NCBI GenBank assembly: GCA_963748815.1
Contig: CAVVKJ010000014.1
Location: 139,262 to 203,261 of the forward strand
Reading direction: 5' to 3'
Length of the DNA: 64,000 nucleotides
From: an uncultured Gemmatimonadales bacterium
GTDB taxonomy: Bacteria; Gemmatimonadota; Gemmatimonadetes; Gemmatimonadales; GWC2-71-9
The position numbers and the translations under genes were made by a program. A model generated the notes under the pieces. That model made no database searches, had not been told where the DNA came from, and saw nothing but the letters and a program-made list of their open reading frames with translations. Positions 29,757 to 41,056 of the stretch are shown here, in pieces (positions within the stretch are counted from its first letter, which is position 1; each line of letters starts with the position of its first letter).

Positions 29757-30463
29757 ACGTACTCGTCCCGGTGGGTTCGCTGGAGACGGGGGCGCGGATC
29801 GCGCTCGACGCGCTCGAGGTGCACCATCTCCGGGTGCGCCGAGCTGCGGCGGGGGAGAGTGTTCGCCTCCTGGATGGCGCGGGTGGGGTTGGGGACGGGG
29901 TCCTGGAGCTCGGGAAGAAGGGTGCTGTGGCGGTGGTCGGCGAGGTGCGGACGGAGCGGGCGCCGGTGCCGCTGGTCCTGGCCATCGGGGCGGGGGAGCG
30001 GGACCGGTTCGCCTGGGTGGTGGAGAAGGCCGCTGAGCTTGGCGTGACGGAAATTGTCCCGCTGGAGACCGAGCACACCCGCGGGGTCGCCTCGCGCATC
30101 CGCAGCGCGCAGGTCGAGCGGTTCCGTCGCCGGACGCTGGAGGCGATCAAGCAGTGCGGGGCGACGTGGGCGCCCCAGGTCCGCGAGCCGGTGCCGCTGG
30201 AGGAGTTTGCCGCCGAGCCCAGAGGGGGCGTCCGGTGGCTGGCCGCCCTCGAGGGCAGCGTGCCGCCGGCGGCGGTCGGCGTCGAGCCGGTGACGATTGC
30301 CATCGGCCCCGAAGGGGGATTCACTCGCGAGGAGCGGTGGGCGCTCGAGGCCGCCGGGTTCGCGCCGGTCCGATTCGGCGACCACATCCTGAGATTTGAA
30401 ACCGCCGCCCTGGCCGGGGCGGTCTATACCAGCATCGCGCGAAAGCGAGGGCTCGATGGCTGA
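29753..30463 (+). CDS. rsmE: 16S rRNA m3U1498 methyltransferase
   Basis: EKAAELGV, IGPEGGF, ILRFETA. Confidence 0.93.
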   Translation: MNVLVPVGSLETGARIALDALEVHHLRVRRAAAGESVRLLDGAGGVGDGVLELGKKGAVAVVGEVRTERAPVPLVLAIGAGERDRFAWVVEKAAELGVTEIVPLETEHTRGVASRIRSAQVERFRRRTLEAIKQCGATWAPQVREPVPLEEFAAEPRGGVRWLAALEGSVPPAAVGVEPVTIAIGPEGGFTREERWALEAAGFAPVRFGDHILRFETAALAGAVYTSIARKRGLDG

Positions 30464-30803
30464 CTGCATCTTCTGCCGGATCGCCGGGGGAGAGATCCCC
30501 GCCCAGGTCGTCGGCCGGACCGAGGAGGTGGTCGCCTTTCGCGACCTCAACCCCCAGGCTCCCGTCCACGTGCTCGTGATACCGGTCCGGCACCACACCG
30601 CCGCCCGGGATGCAAAGGGGCCGGAGGGGGAACGGCTTCTCGGGCGGCTGCTGGCGTTCGCTGCGGAGACGGCAACCTCTCTCGGCCTCGATGCCGGGGG
30701 CTACCGGGTCGTGACCAACACCGGCAAGGACGGCGGCCAGAGCGTGGACCATCTGCACCTGCACATCCTCGGGGGCCGCCCCCTCGGCTGGCCTCCGGGA
30801 TAG
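30456..30803 (+). CDS. Histidine triad nucleotide-binding protein
   Basis: CIFCRI, HLHLHIL, WPPG. Confidence 0.95.
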   Translation: MADCIFCRIAGGEIPAQVVGRTEEVVAFRDLNPQAPVHVLVIPVRHHTAARDAKGPEGERLLGRLLAFAAETATSLGLDAGGYRVVTNTGKDGGQSVDHLHLHILGGRPLGWPPG

Positions 30804-30885
30804 GGGGCCCCCAGTCCTCAGTCCTCCTTTCCCCTTCCTCCTTCCGCCCCTCCAAGTCCCAAGTCCCTTTCTCCTTCCTCCGCTC

Positions 30886-30914
30886 TTGCCCCCCGCCCGA
30901 TCCCCGTCTATGTT
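30886..30914 (+). promoter_or_regulatory. Probable sigma70 promoter of the rpsU operon
   Basis: TTGCCC-17-TATGTT. Confidence 0.5.
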
Positions 30915-30969
30915 TAATGACTGCATAACATTACCGCCCTGACACGGGCTGGAGAGGGGTGATTTGCTG

Positions 30970-31167
30970 ATGTCCGAAGTCGTCATTCACGATGACGAAA
31001 GCTTCGAGCGGGCGCTGAAGCGCTTCAAGAAGAAGTGTGAAAAGGCCGGGATCCTCTCCGACCTGCGCAAGCACCGCCACTACGAGAAGCCGAGCGAGAA
31101 GCGGAAGCGGAAGATGAACGCCGCCGCGCGCAAGGTTCGCCGTGGGCCCCGGAAGCCGCGTGTCTAA
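30970..31167 (+). CDS. rpsU: 30S ribosomal protein S21
   Basis: [18 protein letters not shown]. Confidence 0.97.
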   Translation: MSEVVIHDDESFERALKRFKKKCEKAGILSDLRKHRHYEKPSEKRKRKMNAAARKVRRGPRKPRV

Positions 31168-31600
31168 TCTGGCAGACGACCTGCACGCCGCGCTGACGGC
31201 GGCTCGCAAGTCCAAGAACAAGGACCGTACCCAGCTTCTGGGGACGGTCCTTGCCGCTCTCAAGAACCGGGAGCTGGAGCAGCAACGCGCCCCGACCGAC
31301 GAGGACGCGATCGAGGTGCTGCAGAAGGGCGTCAAGATGCGACGCGAATCGGTGGAGCAGTACGTGAAGGGCGGTCGCGAGGACCTGGCCGCGCAGGAAC
31401 GCGCCGAAATCAAGATCATCGAGGAGTTCCTTCCGCCAGCCGCCGACCCCGAGGAGATCCGCCTGGCGGTGCGCGCCGCCATCGCCGATGGAGCAGCCGA
31501 TATCGGCAAGGTGATGGGGCGAGTCGTCCCGCAGTTCAAGGGGCGCGCCGACGGCAAGCTCATCCAACAGATCGTCCGAACGGAGCTCTCGCTGGGATGA
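31160..31600 (+). CDS. GatB/YqeY domain protein
   Basis: [10 protein letters not shown]...GREDLA...E, IGKVMG...GRADG. Confidence 0.9.
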   Translation: MSNLADDLHAALTAARKSKNKDRTQLLGTVLAALKNRELEQQRAPTDEDAIEVLQKGVKMRRESVEQYVKGGREDLAAQERAEIKIIEEFLPPAADPEEIRLAVRAAIADGAADIGKVMGRVVPQFKGRADGKLIQQIVRTELSLG

Positions 31601-34042
31601 TGGCAACCGAACCGGTCGAACAGAGCCACGGGGTGCAGGCGTTCACGGACGCCGGCACCCCGTCCTCTTTGCCGGGGGGGGCCATCGACGCCGCGCTGGA
31701 CACGCTCGAATTTGCCCGCGCACTCGACGCCGTCGCGGGGTGTGCCGCCGGGCCCCTCGGCGCTGCACGCGTTCGCGCCCGCCGCCCGACCAGCGACCTC
31801 CGGTGGATCCGGCGCGAGCTCGAGGGCGTGGAGGAGCTGGCCGTCCTCTGCCGACGAGATACGCCAGTCATCGTCGAGCCCGCCCCGGAGGCTGGCGCCG
31901 CGCTGGCGCGGCTCCGGGTCGAGGGGAGCGTGCTCGACGGCGTCGAGCTGGTGCGGGTCCGGTCGCTCCTCCGTGCCTGCCGGTTGAACGCCGCCGAACT
32001 CCGCCGCGTGGCGGAGGAAGCGCCCCTCGCGGCGTCGCTGGCCGTCCCGGTTCCCGACAAGGCGCTCGACCGCCGGCTCGAAGCGGCGCTCGACGACGAC
32101 GGCCAGCTGCTCGACGGGGCGAGCCCCGCTCTCGCCGCCGCCCGCCGCGAAGTCCAATCGGCCCGGGCCCGCCTGATCAAGAAGCTCGAGACCATTTTGC
32201 GCGCGGCCGAGGGCGCCGGCGACGCCGGCGTGACCGTGCGCGGCGGCCGCTACGTGATTCCGGTTCGTCGCGACGACCGCCAGCGCCCCGCCGGCATCGT
32301 GCACGACGAGTCGGCGAGCCACGGCACGCTCTTCCTCGAACCGACCGCGGCGATCGAGCTCGGCAACGCGCTCCGCGAGGCGGAGTCGGCGGAGGACCGG
32401 GAGCGGATTCGGGTCCTCCGCGACCTGACCGGCATGCTCCGGCCCTCCTGGGCGGAACTCCGCGACGGCGCCGAGATGTGCGTGCGGCTGGACGAACTCG
32501 CGGCGCGGGCGAGATACGCCGCCGTGGCGGAGGGGTTCCGGCCGGAAATGCTGCCGGCGCCATCCGCCCTCTCCATCGTGAACGGACGGCATCCCCTCCT
32601 CCTCGCCGCCGGTGAGACGGTCATCCCCTTCGACCTCGCGCTCGACGCCACCGAGCGCACCCTGGTCGTCAGCGGGCCCAACACCGGCGGCAAGACGGTG
32701 CTCCTCAAGGCGGTGGGGCTGATCGGCGCGCTGGCGCAGAGCGGGATCATCCCGCCGGTCGGCGCCGGAAGCCAGTTGCCGGTGTTCACGCGATTCTTCG
32801 CCGACATCGGGGACCACCAGTCGCTGGCCGCGAATCTCTCGACCTTTTCCGCCCACCTCGCGGCGCTCCGGCAGATCCTGACCGACGCCGACTCGGCCAC
32901 CCTCGTGCTGCTCGACGAGATCGGCAGCGGCACCGATCCGGCCGAGGGGGCGGCGCTGGCCGCTGCCGCGCTGCTCTCGCTGACCCGCCGCGGCGCGACG
33001 ACGCTCGCCACCACGCACCTCGGTGCGCTGAAGACGCTTCCCGAGCGGGACACCGGGATCGTGAACGCCTCGCTCCAGTTCGACGCCGAGACGATTCGCC
33101 CCACCTACCGGTTTGAGAAGGGCGTGCCGGGTCGGTCGTACGGGCTGGCCATCGCGAAGCGGCTGGGGATCGACCCGGCGGTGCTCGCGGAGGCCGAGGC
33201 CGACGTCCCGCGCGCGGCGCGCACCCTCGACGCCCTGCTGGCCGATGCGGAGCGGCGGGCGCGCGCCCTGGAAGCCGGGGAGGCCGCCCTCGCGGCCCGC
33301 GATGCGGAGAGTGAATTGCGGGCGGCCCGCCTGGCGGCGGAGCTGGAGGCGGTCGAGGCTCGCGACACCGCGTTGCGGCGCCGTGAGCGCGACGCCGAAC
33401 GCCGGGCCCGGGAGCAGGCGCGCGCTCACCTGCTCGACGCGCGGCAGCTGGTGGAGCAGGCGCTGGGGACCGCGCGGGCAGCCGTGGACGACGCGGCGGC
33501 GCGCGACGCGCGGCGGCTGGTCGAGGAGGGAATTGCCGCCGGCGCGCGGGCGATCGCGGAAGACCGACGAGGACATCCGCCTCGAGGGGGCGGGCGTCGT
33601 CGTGGGGGCCCGCGTGCGCACCGCGGCCGCCGGCGTCGGCCAGGTGGTGGAGCTGCGGGGCGACGGTCGCGCGGTGGTGATGGTGGGCGGCCTGCGCGTG
33701 GTGGTGGACACCCGGCAGCTCGAGGTGCTCCAGGGCACGGCGGCCAGGCCGGCGGCCCAGGACCCGGTCCGGACCCATCACGCCCCCGCCATCGAGGCGC
33801 CGATGGAGATCGACCTGCGCGGGATGACGGGAGACGAGGCGGAGGTGGCGACGCTGGCGGCGCTCGACGCCGCGGTGCTCGCGGACCGCCCCTACCTCCG
33901 GATCATCCACGGCAAGGGCACCGGCGTGGTGCGCTCGCGCGTGCAGCAGCTGCTGAGCCGGGATGCCCGGGTGCAGAGCCACGGCTTCGCCCCGTCCAAC
34001 CAGGGCGGCACCGGCGCCACCGTGGCGGAGCTCAAGCCGTGA
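31597..34042 (+). CDS. mutS2: Endonuclease MutS2 with Smr domain (one frameshift near 33560, probably assembly error)
   Basis: SGPNTGGKT, STFSAH, LDEIGSGTDP. The Smr domain IDLRG...IIHGKGTG is in the adjacent frame, ending at 34042. Confidence 0.9.
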
Positions 34043-35817
34043 GCATCCCCGACGACGTGATCGAACAGGTGCGCGACACCGCGGACATCGTGTCGATCGT
34101 CGGCGATTCGGTGGACCTGAAGCGCACCGGTTCCGACTACCGCGGTCCCTGCCCGTTTCACGGCGGCACGCACCGCAACATGGCCGTCATCCCGAAGAAG
34201 GGGATGTTCTACTGCTACGTCTGCCACGAGGCGGGCGACGTCTTCACCTTCTTCATGAAGCGGTTCGGGATGGACTACCCGACGGCGGTGCGCGAGGTGG
34301 CGCGGAAGGTCGGCATCGTCATTCCCGAGCGGAGCGAGCGCCAGGGCCCCGACCCCAACGAGCCGCTCTATTCCGCGGCGGCGGTGGCGCACGACTGGTT
34401 TGCGCGGCAGCTGCGCGAGTCGCCCGAGGCCGAGGGGGCGCGCACGTACCTCGGGGAGCGCGGCATCCCGATGGAGATCGCCGCCGAACTCGGGCTGGGA
34501 TTCGCGCCTCGCCGCACCGAGTTCCAGGCGGCCATGGCCGAGCTCGGCGTCAAGGACGACGCGCTCGTGGCGGCGGGACTCGTGGTCCGGCGCGAGGACG
34601 GCAGCATCGGCCCGCGATTCCGGAGCCGGCTCCTCTTTCCGATCCACGACCTCCGCGGCCGCGTGGTGGCCTTCGGTGGGCGGCTGCTCGGCCCCGGCGA
34701 ACCGAAGTACCTGAACTCGCCCGAGACGCCGATTTTCCACAAGGGGCGATCGCTCTACAACCTGCACTTCGCGCGAAACGCCATCCGCCGCGAGGAGAGC
34801 GCGCTGGTGGTCGAGGGGTATTTCGACGTGCTCCGGCTGGTCCAGGCGGGCTTCGAACACGTGGTGGCCCCGCTCGGCACCGCGCTCACCGGCGACCAGG
34901 CCGAATTGCTCAAGCGCTACACCAAGACGGTTACGCTGCTCTACGACAGCGATCCGGCCGGGCTCCGGGCCACCTTCCGGGCCGGTGACGAATTGTTGCG
35001 CCACGACGTGCGGGTCAGGGTTGCGACGCTGCCGGCGGGTGAGGACCCCGACACGCTCGTGCAGAAGGGCGGGGCGGCGGCGCTCCAGGCGGTGCTGGAC
35101 GACGCGGTGGACGTGCTCGAGCGGAAGATCCAGATCCTCGAACGGAAGGGATGGTTCGAGGGGGTGGAGCACCGGCGCGAGGCGCTCGACCGCCTGCTGC
35201 CGACCATTCGCGCGGCGAGCAACGCCATCACCCGGGAGCTCTACCTCGGCCGGGTCGCGGAGCGCTCCGGCGTCAGCAAGGAGGTCCTCCTCACGGAGGT
35301 CGAGTCGATGCGAGTCCACCGGCCCGCCCCATCGTCGCCGCCGGGACCCCGCCCGGGGGCGCCGGTCCGCCCGACGCTGCGGAAGGGGCGGATGGGCGGC
35401 GTCGCGGAGCTCGAACTGCTGCGCGTGCTCGCGGCGAGCGACGCCTATCGGGCCCGGGCCGCGCAGGAAGTGCGGCGTGAGTGGTTCGAGGTGCCGCTGC
35501 ACCTCGAGCTGTTCGACGCGCTCACCGCGGCGGCGGAGGTGGCGGCCGCCGACCTGCCCGCCCGGCTCTCGCCGCCCGCGCTCGAGCTCTGGAGCGACTT
35601 GCGGGAGGGGGGCGATGCGCTGACGGAGGCCGTCCTCGACGATCATTACGCCAGCGCGTCGGAGGCGCTGGAGTTCCGGCCCCTCTGGCGCGAATACCAG
35701 AAGTTGACCGACCCGTCCGAGAAATTGCAGCGGAAAAAGGAGCTCGACGCGAAGTACGCCCGCGCGCTCCGGAAGGCGATGCATTGGCAGAACCCACGGC
35801 CCCGGTCGCCGCAGTAG
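34039..35817 (+). CDS. dnaG: DNA primase
   Basis: GTGA overlap. CPFH...CYVC zinc finger, KYLNSPET, VEGYFD, YDSD TOPRIM. Confidence 0.95.
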   Translation: MSIPDDVIEQVRDTADIVSIVGDSVDLKRTGSDYRGPCPFHGGTHRNMAVIPKKGMFYCYVCHEAGDVFTFFMKRFGMDYPTAVREVARKVGIVIPERSERQGPDPNEPLYSAAAVAHDWFARQLRESPEAEGARTYLGERGIPMEIAAELGLGFAPRRTEFQAAMAELGVKDDALVAAGLVVRREDGSIGPRFRSRLLFPIHDLRGRVVAFGGRLLGPGEPKYLNSPETPIFHKGRSLYNLHFARNAIRREESALVVEGYFDVLRLVQAGFEHVVAPLGTALTGDQAELLKRYTKTVTLLYDSDPAGLRATFRAGDELLRHDVRVRVATLPAGEDPDTLVQKGGAAALQAVLDDAVDVLERKIQILERKGWFEGVEHRREALDRLLPTIRAASNAITRELYLGRVAERSGVSKEVLLTEVESMRVHRPAPSSPPGPRPGAPVRPTLRKGRMGGVAELELLRVLAASDAYRARAAQEVRREWFEVPLHLELFDALTAAAEVAAADLPARLSPPALELWSDLREGGDALTEAVLDDHYASASEALEFRPLWREYQKLTDPSEKLQRKKELDAKYARALRKAMHWQNPRPRSPQ

Positions 35818-35852
35818 CGGCACCAGGGCCCCGACTCAGCGAGGAAGACAGG

Positions 35853-36563
35853 ATGACTCCAGATCTTGAAAAGTTGCTCGACCTGCAGGCCAAGGACCTG
35901 ACGTTGCTCGAGGTGGACCAGCGGCTCGATGCGGTGCTCGAGGAAGAGCAGGCACTCGACGAGGCCGTCCGGGCCGCCGAAGCCCAGATTGGGACGGCGC
36001 AGCGCAGCGTGGCCGAGTCGATCCGGCGGCGGATCGAGGTGGAGGGCCGGGTCGAGACGTACCGCAAGCTGCAGGAGGGGCGCCGGAAGCGGATCGAGGT
36101 GTCGCGCCCCGGGAAGGACACCGCCGCGCTGATGGCCGAGCTGGATCTCTCCCGCCAGGTGCTGGCGCGCGAGGAGTCCGACTGGTTCCGCGCGCAGGAG
36201 GCGGTGCAGGCGCAGGAGGCGCGGGTGGCCGAGGCGGAGGCGCAGGTCGAGGCGCTCCGGGCAGAGCAGGTCGAGCCGCGCGAGGCGCTGGCGGCGCGAC
36301 GCAGTGAGCTGGAGTCTGAGCGGGCCGTGGCGCTGGAGGCGCGGGACACGAGCGCCGCGGCGGTCGCGAAGCCGTTGCGGTCGCGCTACGAGCGCCTCCG
36401 GGGCTCCCGGGCCCCGGTGGCGGTGGTCGCGCTGGCCGGCGATGCCTGCGGCGCCTGCTACACTGCGGTGCCGATGAACCGCCGCGCGCAAATGCGCATG
36501 ACCGGCGTCGTCGACGGCTGCGAAGGGTGCGGCGTCATGCTGTATTTCGTCGAAACCTCCTGA
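35853..36563 (+). CDS. Coiled-coil protein with C4 zinc ribbon (DUF164-like)
   Basis: Long heptad coil, CGAC...CEGC. Confidence 0.85.
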   Translation: MTPDLEKLLDLQAKDLTLLEVDQRLDAVLEEEQALDEAVRAAEAQIGTAQRSVAESIRRRIEVEGRVETYRKLQEGRRKRIEVSRPGKDTAALMAELDLSRQVLAREESDWFRAQEAVQAQEARVAEAEAQVEALRAEQVEPREALAARRSELESERAVALEARDTSAAAVAKPLRSRYERLRGSRAPVAVVALAGDACGACYTAVPMNRRAQMRMTGVVDGCEGCGVMLYFVETS

Positions 36564-36576
36564 CCCGGCGCGCCTG

Positions 36577-38310
36577 ATGGTCTCGTCCGCCGCGCCGCGG
36601 CCGGTCCGGCTGGTGGTGGCCCCGCCACCGGATGACGCCCGGCTGTCGGAACTCGCCGCGGCGCTCTCGGTGCCCCGTCCCCTCGCGGCGCTGTTGCTGC
36701 AGCGCGGCTTCGAGGACGTCGAGTCGGCGCGCCGCTTCCTCCGGCCCGCGCTCGACCAGTTGGGCGACCCGCACCAGCTCGGCGGGATGGTCGCGGCCGT
36801 TCGGGCCATCGAGACCGCGGTGCGGGCCGGCCAGGTCATCCTGGTCCACGGCGACTACGACGTCGACGGACAGTGCGCCACGGCGCTGCTGACCCGCGCG
36901 CTCCGGCTGGCGGGCGCGACCGTCGAGCCCTTCGTCCCGCATCGCATGCGGGACGGCTATGACTTTCGTGACGCCGGGCTGGCGCGCGCGCGCGAGGTCG
37001 GCGCCGGGCTGATCGTGACCTGCGACTGCGGCATCACCGCGGTCGAGACGGTGCGGGCCGCGCGGGCGGAAGGGTTCGAGGTCGTGGTCACCGACCACCA
37101 CCTCCCCGGGGATGCGCTCCCGCCGGCCACCGCCATCGTCGATCCGCAGCTGGACGGCGCCGATTCCCCCTATGCCATGCTCTGCGGCACCGGCGTGGCG
37201 TTCAAGCTGGTGCAGGCGCTGGTGCCCGCGCTCGGGCTTCCCCCCAACCTGCCGCTTCACCTCCTCGACCTCGTCGCGCTCGCCACCGTGGCCGATGTGG
37301 TCCCACTGCAGGGCGAGAACCGCATCCTGGTCCAGCAGGGGCTCAAGGTGCTCAACCACAGTCGTTGGGCCGGCCTGCGGGCGTTGATCCGTTCGGCCGA
37401 CCTCGAGGGCAAGTCCCTCCGGGCGGGGCAGCTCGGGTTCGTCCTCGGTCCACGGTTGAACGCCGTCGGCCGCATCGGCGACGCCAAGGACGGCCTGCGA
37501 CTCCTCTTGACGGACGACGACGTCGAGGCGGGACGACTCGCCACGCAGCTGGAGCGCCAGAACACCGAGCGGCAGGTGCTCGACCAGTCGATCCTGGAAG
37601 AGGCGATCGCGCAGGTCGAGGCGACGGTCCAGTTGGAGTCGGACTGCGCCATCGTGCTCTCCGCCGAGGGGTGGCACCCCGGTGTGATCGGAATCGTCGC
37701 CTCGCGGCTGGTGGAGCGGTTCGGCCGGCCGGCGTTCATGGTGGCGTTCGACGCGGACCACCCAACGGTGGGGAAGGGGAGCGGCCGCAGCATCTCGCGC
37801 TTTCACCTGCGTGACGCGCTGGTCGCCTGTGACGACCTGCTGGAGCGCTACGGCGGGCATCGGATGGCGGCCGGACTGACGATTCACCGGGACCGGTTCG
37901 AGGCGTTCCGCGAACGGTTCGTGGCCGAGGCCAACCGACTGCTTCGTCCGGACGACCTCGTCCCGGAACAGCGGGTGGACGTGGTCCTCGGCCTGGACGA
38001 GACGACCGCCGAACTCGAGTCGCTCTGCCAGTACCTGGAGCCGTGCGGGATGGGGAACCCCGGGCCGGTATTCGCGGTGCGCGGCGTGCGGCTCGATGGC
38101 GCGCGCGAAGTCGGCAAGGGGCACTTGAAGGGGACCTTGCGGGCCGGCGCCGCCGCGCTCGACGCCATCGGCTTCGGCATGCTGGACCGCGCGCCGGGCG
38201 CGACGGAGTCGGTCGACGTGGCGTTCAAGCTCGAGACCAACAGCTACCGGGGCCGCGATTCGCTGCAGGCGCGGATGCTGGCGATCGTGGCCGCAACGGA
38301 CGCGACGTAG
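36577..38310 (+). CDS. recJ: ssDNA exonuclease RecJ
   Basis: GDYDVDG, TDHH, PRLNAVGR, GGHRMAAG. Confidence 0.96.
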   Translation: MVSSAAPRPVRLVVAPPPDDARLSELAAALSVPRPLAALLLQRGFEDVESARRFLRPALDQLGDPHQLGGMVAAVRAIETAVRAGQVILVHGDYDVDGQCATALLTRALRLAGATVEPFVPHRMRDGYDFRDAGLARAREVGAGLIVTCDCGITAVETVRAARAEGFEVVVTDHHLPGDALPPATAIVDPQLDGADSPYAMLCGTGVAFKLVQALVPALGLPPNLPLHLLDLVALATVADVVPLQGENRILVQQGLKVLNHSRWAGLRALIRSADLEGKSLRAGQLGFVLGPRLNAVGRIGDAKDGLRLLLTDDDVEAGRLATQLERQNTERQVLDQSILEEAIAQVEATVQLESDCAIVLSAEGWHPGVIGIVASRLVERFGRPAFMVAFDADHPTVGKGSGRSISRFHLRDALVACDDLLERYGGHRMAAGLTIHRDRFEAFRERFVAEANRLLRPDDLVPEQRVDVVLGLDETTAELESLCQYLEPCGMGNPGPVFAVRGVRLDGAREVGKGHLKGTLRAGAAALDAIGFGMLDRAPGATESVDVAFKLETNSYRGRDSLQARMLAIVAATDAT

Positions 38311-38825
38311 TGCGGATCGTGGCGGGCGAGTTCGGCGGGCGCCGCCTGGTCATGCCCAGGGACGCCCGGGTCCGACCCACCGCCGACCGGGTCCGCGAGG
38401 CGTGGATGAACATCCTCGGCCCCGCGCTTCCCGGCGCGCGGGTGCTCGATCTCTTCGCGGGCAGCGGCGCCCTGGGACTCGAGGCGCTGTCGCGCGGGGC
38501 GACGCACGCGGAATTTGTCGAGCTCGGGGCCCCCTCCATCAAGGCGCTGGGCGCCAACATCGCCGCGCTGGGGGTCGAGGCGCGGTGCCGGGTCCACAAG
38601 GGCGACGCCATGCGGTTCGCGGAGACCCTCGCGCCGCACGCCTTCGACCTGGCGTTCGCCGACCCCCCGTACGACCACGACGCGGCGGCCCGCCTGGTGG
38701 CGCTCTTCCGCCAGACGCCCTTTGCCCGCATTCTTTCGGTGGAACACCGCGCCTCGCTGGCGCTGCCCGGCGACGACTCCCGCCGCTACGGCGACACGGC
38801 CCTCACCTTCTGCTACGCGCCATGA
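38310..38825 (+). CDS. rsmD: 16S rRNA m2G966 methyltransferase
   Basis: RIVAG, RPTADRVRE, DLFAGSG, DPPY. Confidence 0.93.
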   Translation: MRIVAGEFGGRRLVMPRDARVRPTADRVREAWMNILGPALPGARVLDLFAGSGALGLEALSRGATHAEFVELGAPSIKALGANIAALGVEARCRVHKGDAMRFAETLAPHAFDLAFADPPYDHDAAARLVALFRQTPFARILSVEHRASLALPGDDSRRYGDTALTFCYAP

Positions 38826-39304
38826 CCCGAATCGCGATCTACCCAGGTTCGTTCGACCCGCTGACCCGCGGCCACGAAGACCTCATCCGTCGGAGCCTGC
38901 TCCTGTCGGACCGGCTCATCGTGGCGGTGGCGGTCAACGTCGCGAAGCAGCCGCTCTTCACCGTCGAGGAGCGGATGGCGATGCTGCGCACCGCCGTCGG
39001 CGAGGATCCGCGGATCGAGTTCGTGGCGTTCGAGGGGCTGCTCGCCGACTTCGCCCGGCGGGTGGGGGCGTCCGTCGTGGTGCGCGGTCTCCGGGCGGTC
39101 AGTGACTTCGAGTACGAGTTCCAGATGGCCCTGATGAACCGGCAGCTCCATCCCGCCCTCGAGACGGTGTTCCTCGTGCCGGCGCTCGACCTGACCTACC
39201 TGAGCTCCAGCCTGGTGCGCGAGGTCGCCCGGTTCGGCGGCGACATCTCCGCGCTCGTGCACCCGGCGGTCGCGGAGGCGCTCCGGGCGCGCTTCGCGAA
39301 GTGA
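38822..39304 (+). CDS. coaD: Phosphopantetheine adenylyltransferase
   Basis: [24 protein letters not shown]. Confidence 0.97.
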   Translation: MTRIAIYPGSFDPLTRGHEDLIRRSLLLSDRLIVAVAVNVAKQPLFTVEERMAMLRTAVGEDPRIEFVAFEGLLADFARRVGASVVVRGLRAVSDFEYEFQMALMNRQLHPALETVFLVPALDLTYLSSSLVREVARFGGDISALVHPAVAEALRARFAK

Positions 39305-40233
39305 GCGTGCGCGCGGACGTGCTGGCGCGGGCGCGCGCCCGGGGCGCCCGCGTCGTGCTGCCGGAGGGGAACGACCCGCGCGTGCTCGCCGCCGCACGAC
39401 GACTCCGGGCGGAGGGCATCGCCGAGCCGATCGTCCTGGGGCCGGGGCAGCTGGAGCCGGCCGGCGATCCCCGGCTCGGCGCCGTCGCCGACCTGCTCCG
39501 CGCCCGCCGCCCGGACAAGGTCCGGGACGGGCTCCACGCCCTCGATCTGGCCGCGGATCCGGTGCGCTTCGGCGCCGGCCTCGTGGCGCTCGGTGAGGCC
39601 GATGCCTGTGTGGCGGGGGTGGCGCATCCGACGGCCGATGTCCTGCGGGCCGCGCTCTGGGCCATCGGGCTGGCGCCGGGATTCCCCCTGCTGAGTTCCG
39701 CGTTCTACCTGCTCTTTCCCGACGACCGGGTCCTGACCTTCACCGATTGCGCGGTGGTGCCGAACCCCGATGCGGAGGAACTGGCGCACATCGCGCTGGC
39801 GGCCGTCGGCGACCGGCGGCGCCTCTTCGGCGACGCACCCCGGGTGGCGTTCCTCAGCTACAGCACGCACGGGAGCGCGGCGGGGTCATCGGTCGAGCTG
39901 GTGCGCGCCGCGGTGGCCCGCTTTCGCGAACTCGCGCCCGGCGTCCCCGCCGACGGCGACCTCCAGGCCGATGCGGCGCTGGTGCCGGAGATCGCGGCCG
40001 GCAAGGCGCCCGGCTCGCCGGTGGGTGGACGGGCCAACGTGCTCGTCTTCCCGAATCTCGACGCCGGCAACATCGCCTACAAGCTGGTGCAGCGCCTCGC
40101 CGGCGCCGTGGCGCTCGGGCCGATGCTCCAGGGACTGGCCCGCCCGATGGCGGACTTGTCGCGCGGGGCGACCAGCGATGATATTGTCGAGGTGGCCGCA
40201 CTTGCGGTCCTGCAGGCTGAGCCAGGTTCCTGA
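39301..40233 (+). CDS. pta: Phosphate acetyltransferase
   Basis: [35 protein letters not shown]. Confidence 0.9.
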   Translation: MSVRADVLARARARGARVVLPEGNDPRVLAAARRLRAEGIAEPIVLGPGQLEPAGDPRLGAVADLLRARRPDKVRDGLHALDLAADPVRFGAGLVALGEADACVAGVAHPTADVLRAALWAIGLAPGFPLLSSAFYLLFPDDRVLTFTDCAVVPNPDAEELAHIALAAVGDRRRLFGDAPRVAFLSYSTHGSAAGSSVELVRAAVARFRELAPGVPADGDLQADAALVPEIAAGKAPGSPVGGRANVLVFPNLDAGNIAYKLVQRLAGAVALGPMLQGLARPMADLSRGATSDDIVEVAALAVLQAEPGS

Positions 40234-40248
40234 GGGAGGGAGTCGTTC

Positions 40249-40584
40249 ATGGCGTTCACCACGTCCAAGCATTCGACCGGAGTCCTGGTCGTCGAAGTCG
40301 AAGGCCAGCTCATCGTCGGCAACCGGCAGGAGCTGAAGGCCACCATCCAGCAGGCGCTCGACAACGGCGAGCGCAAACTGCTGGTCGACTTCGCCAAGAC
40401 CGGCTACATCGACTCGTCGGGGCTCGGCGCGCTGGTCTCGATCTCGAAGAAGGTCCGCGAGCAGGGCGGGGAACTCCGCCTCAGCGGCCTCAATGAAGAC
40501 CTCCGCTCGCTCTTCGAGCTGACCAAGCTCGACACCCTGTTCGCGATCGCCGACGACTCGGCGCAGGCCCTCGCCGGCTTCTGA
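40249..40584 (+). CDS. STAS-domain anti-sigma factor antagonist (RsbV-like)
   Basis: YIDSSGLGAL phosphoserine motif, strong SD. Confidence 0.92.
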   Translation: MAFTTSKHSTGVLVVEVEGQLIVGNRQELKATIQQALDNGERKLLVDFAKTGYIDSSGLGALVSISKKVREQGGELRLSGLNEDLRSLFELTKLDTLFAIADDSAQALAGF

Positions 40585-40591
40585 TCCGCCC

Positions 40592-41056
40592 GTGACCGCG
40601 CCGCTCCGCCTCTGCGTCCGCCGCGCCGACCGGCCCCATCCCACCGGAATCGCCGTGGAAATTGCCCTCCGCATCCCGAGCGACGTCGCGCTGATCGAAG
40701 AAGTGGTCGAGCTGGTGGCGCGACACTGCTTCGCGGGGTGGACGCCGTCGCGGCGCATGCACTTCCGGTTCCGCGTGGCGCTCTCCGAGGCGCTCGCCAA
40801 CGCCATCGTCTACGGCAACGGGCAGGAGCCCGCGCTGTGCGTCGAGGTGAAGGCGGAGTGCCTCCCCGATGCGGTCCACGTCCACGTGACCGACGAGGGA
40901 CCCGGCTTCGACCCCGCCTCTGTCCGCGATCCCGTCATGCCCGACGACCTCGAGCTGCCGTGCGGACGCGGCCTCTTCCTGATTCGCAACCTGATGGACG
41001 ACGTGCGATTCACTCCCCCGGGGAATTCCATCTGCATGACCCTGCGCCGCACGTAG
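40592..41056 (+). CDS. Anti-sigma factor/Ser kinase (RsbW-like HATPase_c_2)
   Basis: EALANAIVYG, DEGPGFD, GRGLFLI...LMD. Confidence 0.88.
   Translation: MTAPLRLCVRRADRPHPTGIAVEIALRIPSDVALIEEVVELVARHCFAGWTPSRRMHFRFRVALSEALANAIVYGNGQEPALCVEVKAECLPDAVHVHVTDEGPGFDPASVRDPVMPDDLELPCGRGLFLIRNLMDDVRFTPPGNSICMTLRRT

Noticed and set aside
31597..35817. 1406-aa MutS2-DnaG fusion in the ORF track
   Set aside because: A single indel near 33560 moves the frame. The true Smr domain is in another frame and stops at 34042, overlapping the dnaG GTG. The linker is nonsense translation.
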